Positions 23,045-35,000 of a stretch of 64,000 bases of DNA are shown here, piece by piece (position 1 is the first letter of the stretch; every line of letters begins with the position of its first letter). The translations under genes were made by a program, and so were the position numbers. A model generated the notes under the pieces. It was given only the letters and a program-made list of their open reading frames with translations, made no database searches and was not told the DNA's origin. Source of the DNA: Paraspadella gotoi (Eukaryota; Animalia; Chaetognatha); the NCBI GenBank assembly GCA_051294375.1, contig CM119271.1, positions 6,356,698 to 6,420,697 of the forward strand, written 5' to 3'.

Positions 23045-24083
23045 ATGTCACGGGGAGAGACGGAATCATCTCCTCAAGCTGGCAAGCATAAGCCCGATTT
23101 CAAAATAGTAATTTTGGGCCAAAAAGACGTCGGGAAAACGACTCTTATTTTCAGGTGAACCTTTTAACTTCTTCCAGCTCTAATTCATTATTTTACGTAA
23201 CAACCCTTATATTTCTTTGATTCTATAGATACATGCACAGAAAGTTTACCGAGACGGTGACTACCATTGGGGCCTCTTTTTTTCTGCGTCGTCACAATGG
23301 GAAGAATTTCGCTTTGTGGGACACCGCGGGAGAAGAGCGTTTTTCTGGCTTGAGCGCTTTATATTCGAGGGACGCTTCAGCGGCTATTTTGGCCTTCGAC
23401 ATCAGTTGTCGGGACTCTTTCGAATCCCTTCGAACTCGTTTTTTGCCGATGTTAAATTCGGCGAAAGAATCGTGTGTTTACGTCGTCGTTGCGACGAAGC
23501 TGGATCTTCTCGCAGAACAGGGTGAGCCATGAAGTTCATGAAAGATCCAAATGGTATAATATAAATAAACGCTAACTTTGTCTGTTTGTTGATGATGATT
23601 GTACCGAATCAATCTTGTTGTATTCGACTAAAATCGCATATATTACATAGTTGTACCATATTTTACTCGCGAAATCGTAAATGCGGTATGACAGTGACAT
23701 CAGGATCATTGTACACCGTAATTAGTTAACTATGCGATGGATGCAATGTTACCATTAAACTTCTTACCTTTGTTTACCGATTTGAAGACTTACGCGTTTT
23801 TGTTTTTTTCCCAGAACCCACCGTTTCCCATGTGGACAAAATGGACGCCAAAAGGTTTTCTCTGGAAATAAATAGTCATTTACCTTCGGGAACATTTTCT
23901 GAAGAGAACACTCCATATTTTGAAACGTCTGCAAAAACCGGAGAAGGGATTGACGAGTTATTTTCCTTTATATTTGGTTATTTATTAGAAAAAGACCAAA
24001 AGCCCATCGAAAGTGAAACAGTTAATCCTGGTTTTACGAATGATCTCGATGAAGTTAAAGGGAAAAAAAATTGCTGTAAATGA
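23045..24083 (+). CDS. RAB20: Rab family small GTPase, Rab20-like, 3 exons
   Basis: Exons about 23045-23154, 23229-23521, 23815-24083. KPDFKIVILGQKDVGKTTL, YMHRKFTETVTTIGASFFL, WDTAGEERF, TKLDL, YFETSAKTG, C-terminal CCK prenylation motif; the KPD.KIV and short switch region resemble Rab20. Confidence 0.85.
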
Positions 24084-24710
24084 AATTTTAGCCTAGTAAT
24101 GCAATGTCGACGGACATTTTCATTGCATATTGAACTGTTTTTCTATTCCAAAATTTGTTTCCAGGTTCTAAGTCATTTTCAAATGTATTGCTAAGTGCTT
24201 TTAGTTCGAAAACAATCGCATGGTTGAATGTAAGTTGAATAGCATTTTTTTTTAAAATTATGATCACGTTCTCCTTTATTTAATTTTTATACGGTTTTTC
24301 TGGCTTACAATATCATTCAATGTTAAGAAATTAATTTCGGTCCTGTTCCTATGCACATTTCTAGAGAATTTATTTTATGGTCAACATTTTTCACATTGTC
24401 ATTTTAAAGCATTCCATATGTAATAGTGTATACTGCTTTTTGAACAGATTATGTTGGTTAACAGGTTTTCCAGATGTAAAAAAAGTTAACCGTAAACATC
24501 GATGGACAAAATAAGATTTTAAAATGCTTTCATGACATATTCCTTGGAACTTGATAATAATATGACAGTACTATAAATGAACAAAATCTTCCTGGAGTAT
24601 GTGACACTAAACTGGATCGCTTGAAATTCTGGAAATCCGTCTGACGACTCTGCTTAGGGGTGATTGACTACCCCAATTATAAGCTGCCCAGAGTGGGATT
24701 TATTCCTACT

Positions 24711-27700
24711 ATGGGCGATAGAACTCCCAATAAAGGAACTCCAGTATCTTTCATGAAAAGTGATTCTGGTGTCTCAAGTGGTTCTCCTGTTAGGTCAAGT
24801 TTTTACGGTCCAAATTATGGTCGAAACGGGAAAAAGGATCACTATGAGACCCCTAATCCCCGACGGACTTACACAATCATGTCTCAGGTATAAATTAGGG
24901 TTGACATTTTAAACGATCAAGTCCTTTTTCTTTCGTTCATTTATTATGCACATGGCACAATAATTTTCGTTGGGTTACCATTTAAATAGTATAGTAAATT
25001 CTAAAAAGAGTTATTTTTTTAGGATGACATCTCGCACGGCAAAAAGTCGACATGGTTCGAGCTGGAGATAACAGGAACGATAAGGAATCTAAGGTTCGCG
25101 ACTTTTGTGTCTTTATTTGTCCAAGAATTATTTTTTCATCAGTCATTCTTTGTTTAGTCCGTCATTATGGCAACTTTCCCATTTAACTTCACTTTATCTC
25201 AACAACAACAACTTGATGCGTATTCCGCCGGATATTTCGAGACTGGAGCACTTATCGTATTTGGACCTGAGTTACAACAAGTTACGATCGCTCCCGGCAG
25301 AACTGGGAGATCTTGCAAACCTCAGGGAACTTCTTCTTAGTCACAACTACTTACGAGTGCTCCCTTACGAACTCGGAAAGCTCTTTCAGTTGCAGGTTTT
25401 AGTGAATTAAAAAACTTAATTGATAGAGATTCTATTGCAGCATGTTAACATCATTTGTCGCGTATTGTTTCCATTTTTTTGGAGAAAAGCTATGACGTAG
25501 TCCGCTAGGCAAATGTCGTTTGTCACCAATAAATAAAACTGAGTATGCGTTTATTTTTTCAATTATTACTTTCATAGAATCTTGGCTTGAAGGGGAACCC
25601 GCTATCCCCGGAAATACTGAGCGTCTACAATGAAGTCAATGGAACATCCCGTCTCCTTTCGTACATGTTGGACAATCTTGCTGTCACGTCAAGTCAGCCG
25701 CCTCAAAGACCATGGGTAACAGTCTGTCAACCAGACAGGCAGCGTGCGAATTTACTTTTCACCTGTATGTCCTACAACGTTCTCTGCGATAAATACGCGA
25801 CGCGCCAGGTTCGTCGTTTTCAATTTTACTAGCTTAAGCTTTATCTAAATACATACTTATCGTCACAGATATATGGCTACTGTCCATCCTGGGCTCTGTC
25901 GTGGGAATACCGAAAAAAGGGGATTTTGGACGAAATTCGTCAGTACGCCGCTGACATTATTTGCCTTCAGGAAGTTGAAACGGATCAGTTTTATCACTTC
26001 TTCTTACCCGAGTTAAAACAAGAAGGATACGACGGTGAGTTATAAAAACCTGAGTTCATGAAGAAGACCTTGAGTCAACTTCCCGTCAATTTATTTTCCA
26101 GGAGTTTTTTCTCCCAAATCGCGAGCAAAGACGATGACGGTTGATGAAAGAAAACACGTGGACGGCTGCGCCATTTTCTTTAGATCCTCCAAGTTTTCGC
26201 TAGTGAAAGGTGATTTAAGAAATTTATCGAGTCAATCTAGAAGTAGGAATAGAACATAACAACTTCCAACTTCCTTCCTGTATTTCCTCTACGTATCATC
26301 TGAGTATTTTTGTCTTTATAATTGACCTGGTAATTGGTTTAATATATGCACGCGAAATGAAAAAAATTATCTTAGATCCAAACTCTTTCAACTAGGATAC
26401 TAACTGTTTTTCTAACGGGTACAAATTGTTTATTACAACGTTTTTTTAAATGTCGCCCTACAGAAAGTTTGATCGAGTTCAACCAAATCGCTATTGCAAC
26501 GGCGGACGGCACCGGGAGCGAGAACATGTTGAACCGCGTCATGACGAAAGACAACATCGCTATCTCTGCCTTGCTTCAGACGAAAGATGGCGCCTTTGAT
26601 CCATCCAACATGCCGGAGCCAGTTCATGCTAGACAGAGCTTTATGGTTAAAATTATTTAAAATTATTTATCGTTACGAATCTACTGACTCTGGGTATTCT
26701 TTTTCCTGACAGGTTTGCACTGCTCATATTCACTGGGACCCCGAATTTTCCGACGTAAAGTTAATTCAGACGATGATGCTCATGAAGGAGCTGAAAACAA
26801 TTCTTGAGGATAATTGTAAATTGCAATTTCGGCCAGGTACGTTACAAATTTGTAAATTTTTAGTCCGCCATAGTCCATATCAAGGCAGTCATCAGTTCAC
26901 TTTATGCAGGAGCCAAGTCATCTCAAATCGACGTTTCCAAAATTCCACTTATTCTCTGCGCGGATTTGAATTCTCTGCCAGATTCAGGTAAGTGATGTTT
27001 GAAAGATGATGATGAGGATGAGGGTAATGATTGAGATGATCTAATGAGGAGTGCCATATTAATAATAATTATTTTTATTAAGTAAGAAAACTATTCATTT
27101 TGAATGAAGGTAAAAGAAGCGAAATACCCCTTACTACCATACTACCCTATGATTTTTTTTTTTAATTTTTCTAAATTTTTATTATCAGGTCCTCTCGAGT
27201 ACATTCAAAAGGGATTTATACCGTTGAATCACACTGATTTCAAAGACATGGCCTACGAGCATTGCCTGAGGTTTGATAATGAGCTGCGTTGAAATTAGTG
27301 TCATATGTATTTGTTTCGTTTAGTTGCTAAGTTATTATTAAGATAATTAGTCCGGTCTGCTGTGAATGTGGCTTCGCGATTTTTGATCATTTTTTTTTCG
27401 GAAGATACAAGATTAACTCTCCACCCTCCCTCTCGTTATCAGCAAAATGAGCTGTTCGGAACGTTCTGACGTTTTGGCTCATCCTTTCAAACTGAAGCGT
27501 TCATACAATGATATTATGGAATACACGAACTATACCTTCGATTTCAAAGGAGTCATCGACTACATATTTCATTCTCAACCACATATGCGCCCTTTGGGCG
27601 TATTGGGACCGGTGAGTAAACTTGATACTCATGTATGATTTATAAATAATTTATAGAGTTTGATTTCAAGTAAGGTTGAATAGTTATATTATATACTATT

Positions 27701-30121
27701 AAAATTTTTCCTGTATGCTATTGACTAACAAAACTAAACTTCTCCACTTTCTTTCTTAACCTTAATCTGAGCTTAATTTTTTTTTATTCAAATATTTAAT
27801 GCAATGATATTTCTAGATTTTAAACGATTTTCCCTCATTGACGATATTCAGGTTGACCCCAACTGGTTTCGGGAAAATCGAATTGCCGGGTGTCCCCATC
27901 CTCACGTTCCCTCGGATCATTTTCCTCTTCTGGTGGAGTTCGAACTTTTGGTGAGTAGAGTAGTTTATCCTCGAGAAAGTTTACCTTAACAATTGTTAAG
28001 ATTAGCATAGTTTTGAAAACGTTTTATTCCAACCCCTCCGCAAATTCGGTTCGTTTTTTCGTGTACCCGAACGTTTTACCCAGAGCCAAAAAGACATTGC
28101 GACCCCGGATGCTCGAGCTCCTGTTTTCTGCCCTAAGGCACCCTCAATTTTTGCGTCCAGTGTGTCCGTCTCTCGGGCAAAGTCAAAAGCGAGCAACGTC
28201 CCTGTTTCAAAAACTGTTTCGCGTTCATTGCCCATAACGAGTTCAACCTGTTCCGTTTCTCTTGTCGAAAGTGGCGTTACCAATTAATAAAAAATAAAAA
28301 AGTAACTAATTACAGACTGAAAATTATTTCCCTCTCGAACCATGGTAGAGTAAGAGATTGTTTAATGTAGAAATTGCCCTAAAATAAGAAGACAAGCTGA
28401 TCTTTCCTTGTCTTGGAATCTCCTAAAAGTAGTAGGATGAAGAGTTCTATAATAGAGATATAATAATAATCTATCCAAGTCGCATTCGTTGTGGTCGCCC
28501 ATGTAATGGCGAGAACTAACATGTTTGTTTCTAACTTACTAAAGTGGAACCAGGTAAACAGTAAGTGAGACGAATACACTAGTGATATGTTGTGACTGGT
28601 TACCAAAGACCACTGCCTCGCGACCTGGGCATTGATGTTGCTGGAGTAATGTTATTATTATTATTATTGCCAAAAGAAACAAGTGGCGCGGACGACAAAC
28701 CAAAATAGACACTGGGAATATCCTTGTAGCTCTTTGAGGTCGATGTCTTTATTACATTTTATGAAACAGTGTTACAAACGATAGATAATCTACTTTAAAT
28801 ATATTTGGTTTGGCTAACTTTTGAACTTGACTTGAAAACAATATGAGTGGTGCAACAATACGAATCGAATTGCAACTCAAGTAACATACCTGGTATGGTC
28901 CTTTTCTGTACCTTTTTAATGTTAGTTGATTTTTTTTTTTTTTTCAACATTTTACTATAAGTTAAGATTTTTCGTTAGTGATTTTTGAGGGCGCGTTAGT
29001 AGAATCTTTATTTCTGTAATAGGTATTATTTACTATGTTGAATACTGTTCGACAGTGTCTTCTGTAGTGTATTTATTATTTAAGTTTGGGCCCAGTCTTT
29101 AATAGGAGACGCATTGCCCAAAATATCAAGAGAAAATTTAACCAATAAAGCCCTAAACAATGTCACCGACGAAAAAAAAAAAACCTTGTGTAGTCAAAAA
29201 ATTTAAATCTGAAATCCTGCCAATGTTTGAAATTTCGTCCAGCTTCCGCCCAACGGCCCTTTGCCACCTCCCCGTCCGCCGACGGCCCAACAACAGCACG
29301 GTCAACCGCCGTTCTTGTTGCCTCCGCCGCCTCAGCCCCCTCCAGGGATTCGCAACGCCGGTGATTCATCGCCGTCATTTATTTTTTTCTTTCCTTTCAA
29401 ATTACGAGTCAACAGTTCTCCTTCATAATTGTTTACCTTCTCATTTATTTGTCAAAAATTCTAAGGATCTTTGGCGGGATTCTCGTCGACGGCGCCGCCG
29501 TTTACCGCGTCTTCGCTTCCACCATCGATGTCATCGACCTCGCTTCACCCGACGCTGAATTCCAACTCTCTCCCACCGTCGCTAACCTCGTCCGCACTCT
29601 CAGCACTCCCGCCACCACCCGTCACTTTGGCCCCTCCTTTCCACGGTCCTCCTCCTTCTTCGATGACTCCCATGCCGCCGCCATTAGGATTTCCTTCCGG
29701 TCAGCCAACTGGCGAAAACGATCGATTTTAAATTTTTCTATTTCGAAAATTAATTTAGTTGTTCCATCTTGTTTTCAGGATCGGGGCCAATCATGCCGCC
29801 TCCGCCGGGCGCTAGCCTCGGTCATCCTACATCCATCCCCCCTCCACCTTCAAACGGTCAGCCTCAATCTCATCCTCCGCCGCCGTCCTCGACACCGTCG
29901 CTGCTGGGGGGACCTCCTGGTAAGGATTGCTGCTTCGCTGTTCACTGTGTTCAGTGGTCACTTCGTTCAACTTCCCAATTTTCTTAATGCTCATTTTCTC
30001 CAAAAAAATATATTGAGGTGTGAATGGATCGCGCCAGACAAAACCCACGGCGGCTTCGGGTCTCGCGCTCCAGCCTTCGAATTCGTCGTCATCTGCTCCT
30101 TCTGCACAAAATTCGCAATGA
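24711..30121 (+). CDS. CNOT6: CCR4/CNOT6 deadenylase (LRR + EEP nuclease) with spliced proline-rich C-terminal tail
   Basis: NPRRTYTIMS, LRR repeats, LGLKGNPL, PPQRPW, MSYNVLCDKYATRQIYGYCPSWAL, LQEVET, HIHWDPEFSDVKLIQT, ADLNSLPDSG, YTNYTFDFKGVIDYIF, GCPHPHVPSDHFPL all joined by GT-AG introns to 27950. Exons 29243-29360, 29466-29699, 29779-29919, 30018-30121 continue in frame (tail less certain). Confidence 0.93.
28084..28287 (+). CDS. Candidate alternative terminal exon of CNOT6 (67 aa, Ser-rich)
   Basis: Phase-0 acceptor TTTTACCCAG, open frame SQKDIATPDARAPVFCPK...VESGVTN*, AATAAA hexamers immediately after the stop. Confidence 0.55.
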   Translation, partial: SQKDIATPDARAPVFCPKAPSIFASSVSVSRAKSKASNVPVSKTVSRSLPITSSTCSVSLVESGVTN

Positions 30122-32086
30122 CGGTTCGGCTTTCTCCCTTGATATTTTTTTTCTATCTCTTTCACGACCATCTCATCAGTTATTCTTCTATTATTACTCA
30201 CCACTTTGATCTCTTACTTCGTTTTATTTCGCCTCTTTCGTTTTTTTATTCTTTTCATTATTGCTGGCGTTTATTTTTATCTAATTAGGATAAGCCTGGT
30301 GCTTTTTTTCAAATTCTTAATCTAGCTTCGATATGAAATATCCTAGCTAAATTTGGTTAACGCGTTCCTATCTGCTAAAGAAATTTGTGTTTGATGATTT
30401 TTTTATCAGTTCTGTCTCTTAATGGATAACAATTGTATTAAAAAAATGTTTTCAATGTATAGTATAATATAAAAAACCCAGAATTCTATATTTAACATTT
30501 TAGTGTGAATAGTAAATGATGTATTTCCTCATAGATGTGTGTTATGATACATACAAATTAGTCGATAATTTGCAGCATTGTCTGTCAATTTTTGTGTGCA
30601 TATCGCGAACACGAATTAAAATACTTTTGTAAAGATTTGGTTCAAGTAATATCCTAATAAATGTGGTTTGTATACTATTTTGTATCCCTTTGAACCAAAT
30701 TTATGCTTGAACTCTTCTGTAAATAGCGTTACTCACAGATTTTAGGAATACCAATATAATGATTGTTGATCACTTGTTTTCACCACTTTGCCTAGGATTG
30801 CTTTAATCAAGCTTTACAGAATTTTTTTTCGTTTTTTATTTTCTTTTTACGATTTCATACTCACAATCTTAAATAATAATGTTAAATTTTTCCCAGTACA
30901 CTATGTTCATATTGCTTTTTTGCTCGAATGTAATTTGTATATTCATTCCAAAACAAGGAAATTAATTGTTAGTAATTGTCATATAAAATATCTATAAATT
31001 CTTCGTACTTCATTTTACTAATTTTTTCTCTGTAAACGATTTATAAATTATTTTAATACTAGTATAAAAATAAAAAATAACTTTTATAAAAATGTTTCAG
31101 AAAATTGATGTTTTGTTACCACCTTAATTTTTGGTAAATGAAGTATTGATCACTATTTTAGATAGGGTTATTGATTTATAGTACTCATTATATTGCATCC
31201 CGTATTACCATATGTCAGACTTTCACACGCGCGGCAAACCTAGTCACAATGTTTTCATATAATATGAATTTTTTCAACGCTAGGACGAAAAGGATTTTAT
31301 TTCGAACTCCATGATTGTGAACTATTTTTGCCAGGTCGTTAATTACTGGCATTGTTCGATCAGATTTGGTTTTTTTTTTTTTTCCTTTTTATGTACTTTT
31401 CCGTACTTATTGTGACAATGAATTTTGCTCCGATTGTCTCCCTAGTTTCCTTAACAAAACCTCTTGGGACCATGGTAATGAAAAACCGTCAAAAAAAAAA
31501 AAATTAAGTGGTTTGACTCGATTATATCCATATAATCATCCTTTGTCCGAGCTGCAATCCTTTTTTATCGTTTTTGGCCGGCCGGCCATCATCCGAGGGG
31601 AAAAGATCGCTCGCCGGCCATTCGAGGCTCGAATCCGTCTCTCTCGAATTATTCTCGATTTTCTAGAGTCAGACGGACTCGGACGCTGCATCGCGTGGGC
31701 TAACCTCTCTTTCCCAACTCTGTTTACTTTCAGCTGTTTTTCCCCCCCTTCTACAGAAACTCTCGGATTTTTGCTCACCTTGCATCATCGTCGGGAGGTT
31801 TTCTCCCGACATAGCGATTTTCCTAAAGTGATTCGATTCGATGGAAAACCTCGATCCTTCTCGTATCTCACAACCAAACGATCCTTTCACTTCTTTCTAT
31901 TCCCAACCCGGACTTTCTTGGCTTACTCATCGACCCAAAGTTTTTATTTTTGGGTGCGGATAAAACAACCAAAAAAAAGATTTAATACGTACACACATGC
32001 ACGGAATATGAACCGTGTGGACTACTGAATAAACTCCTCTTCGGGGGAAATCATTTATTATTGATTGAAATATGTTTTACTAAATT

Positions 32087-35000
32087 ATGTCTCAAAACGT
32101 AGACATTTACGAAACTGGACTCAGTAGTGGAGCGAGTACTCCGAGACATGGAGCTTCACCATCACCAGGTTTGTTTATTTTCTTTTTTAGATTTTTAAAA
32201 AGTGGCGCTCTATAAGAAACTACTCATAATTAATGAAATTGGTACAACCAATATAAAAATTATCCATTCAATTAATAAATAAGCTATCTTGCCCCTGACT
32301 TTGGACAGGCTTTGGTGGTTTAAGGCCTCCATCACTTTTACAAGATAATGACAAAGCAGGTCCCTGCAAGCTTTCAATCAAGACTTTCTCAGTCTCGTTT
32401 ATTCACTCCCAGAGTACCTGGCTTCCCTATCAATGAAGTGGAAAATATTTCAAAGAATGTTTCAATTGTATGAAAAGACCATATTATAAATGTTTTTTTA
32501 CCCGAATTTCGAGGTTTTTCATTTTTGAAATTCAAAATTTTGTTAAGTACCTGTATTTAATTAAAAATTATATGAAATCTATTATTAGTATTATTATTAG
32601 TTTTAACGAAACGAACATTGGAGACATTGATTTTATCTTTGGCAGTCAGTAGGATGAGGGAGGAAGAGCAATTTGATAAGGCCTAACTAAAATTTGTCAA
32701 TTTATGCATTTATTCATACCATAGTTTCATAGTTAATAATTATGTTACCGGTTCGCCTTTTGTACTAATTATTAATTAATAATAAATATCTTTGGATTTT
32801 TACATTTTTGTTCATTTATGAAATTGGTACCAACAATATAAAAATTATCCATTCATTTAATATATAAGCAATTAAAATTACTTATTTAAAAGTCAATTTT
32901 AATAAATTTAGCCGCCGCCGAAATTCAATGGTACGAGTACGACCTTCAACTGGCGGCCGAACTCGGCAAGGCACTCCTGGAGAGGAATCAGGACCTGGAG
33001 TCCCAGTTGGCGGACGCCGAAAAAACTATCCAAAGTCAACAAACGGAAATTCAGTTCCTGTTTCAAAAATTAGACACAGCCAAGAATCTCAACGAAAGCA
33101 GGTTTTTATCGTGATTTCTTGTCTCAAAAGTACCTCATAAGTCGGCTTGTTTGCCCCTAAAAATACGTAATTATTAATAACACAAATATTATAATAATTA
33201 CTAGCTTTTTCGTTGCTCTTTCCAGAATGCGTATCTTCGAGCAAGTCGACACAAATGCCCAAGATCTCGAAGCAGTCAACCGTCAGTTGCGTCATCAGTC
33301 GTCGATCGATCAGCAGGTGCCTAGTTATCTCTAATTTACTTAATTGCCTTAATTTTTTACCTTCATTCACACTGCTAATTTTGTAGACGATTTCACGCCT
33401 GACGGGTTCCCTGCGTGAGGCCGAGTCTCGTTGTGAGAAGCTGGAAAACGATGTCTATGATATGAAACGAGAGATGGCGGAGGAGGCGAAAAGATTTCGC
33501 GACAGATGGAGGGAGACGAAGAAGAAGGAAAGGTTGGTCAAGGGTGGCCAAGGGTGGCGTTCTTTCTCTCATTAATATTTTTCAGTCATCGTCATAATAT
33601 TTCTTCGATTTTTTGCCTTAAGACGCGCGAGTAACGAATCGATGGAGAGCGACGTGGACGCGGACGACTTTATTCTTTTGGGAGACGTCGTCCACGACAA
33701 GAAAATTCCTTCAGCGTCGGCCAGACGTGACGAAAATGTCGAAGATCGAATCTTCGACGATTTAAACGTCGAAACCTCATTGGTTGATTCCTTGTCGTGG
33801 TACCAAGCGGAGACGGAAAGGCTGAATAAAGAGGTTAGAATATAAATGCATGGCCACTCGCCCGTAAAAGATAGCTCGTCTCTCCGTTTTCCCTCGAAAC
33901 TTTATTGAATTAAAAGCATGAATGATAGCAAATCTAAATGAAATTGGTACAATCAATGCGAATAAGCTATCTTGCCCCAGTCATTGGTGGCTTAAGTCTT
34001 CCATTACATTTACAAGTTAAATGCTGAATAAGGCTTGAAGTCAACAAGCCGAAACATGTCAATCTCTCAAATAAAAATCGTTGTTACAATTTCGAAAACA
34101 CTTTGCTTTCTCTAATATTTAAAAAAAAACGCACACAACGAAAAAGAAAGGATTATTGCATCAAGATAATAACATAGCAGGACTTTGCAAGTTTTCAATC
34201 ATGACTCTCCGTCTCATATTTTCACTCCCAGAGTTTCGGGCTTCACTATCAATGAAGTCGAATAATATTTCAAAGTATTTCCAAGTATCTTTCAATTGTA
34301 TATAGGTACCACTCCTGTGATTTTTAATTTAAGATTACTCATTAGCTTCTCGCTGCCGAAAAGAAGTTAGCCATCGTCAACGCCGAACATAGAAGCGATC
34401 TTTGTCAGAAGATGGAAGAGAATAAAAGCCTCTCGATGATGCTGGAGATGAGTCGTTCGCAGACCTTGCGACGAACCAATTCTTCGGACGAAGACAACAA
34501 AATTAGGATGACTAGTCTTCCGTACGGTCCGAATGCCGCAACGCCGACGACTCCAACGCCGACGTCGTCTTCCTGTTGCTCATCGGGGAAGGTCACGCGA
34601 AACGTTAGGTGAGTAGATTTGACTCACCAATTCACTCTTTGAGTTCGATCCATTTTTGATTCGTTTCCCACACCAGCTTTGGGGAAGTTACGTCTTTGAC
34701 TTCCGCGGCGGCCGACGTCGACAGCAGCGATGACGAAGAGAACGTTCCTGCAGTTGTTCGCCGCAGTATTGAAGACAAATCCTCTCGTCGTGGGATCGGG
34801 GGAGGAATGCGTCTTCATATTACGACGTCGTCCGGGACGCAAGATCAGCCCCATCTCTCTTCTGTCGACGGCTCGACCGAAGGAAAGGCGGGGCCGTGCC
34901 GCTTATGCGGGGCCGATATGGGCGACATGTGCCACAACTGCGTCGCCAAAAGGATTTCTTATGACATCGAAATGGATGATTCGGATGTCAAGAGGGGAGA

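Noticed and set aside
29449-30288. 279-aa ORF as an independent gene
   Set aside because: Alternative frame across GC-rich CNOT6 tail exons and introns; the Pro-rich frame fits the splice phases.
31366-32028. 220-aa ORF upstream of CDR2
   Set aside because: Non-ATG start, Phe/Ser-rich composition from T-rich DNA, no domain; more likely promoter and 5' UTR.
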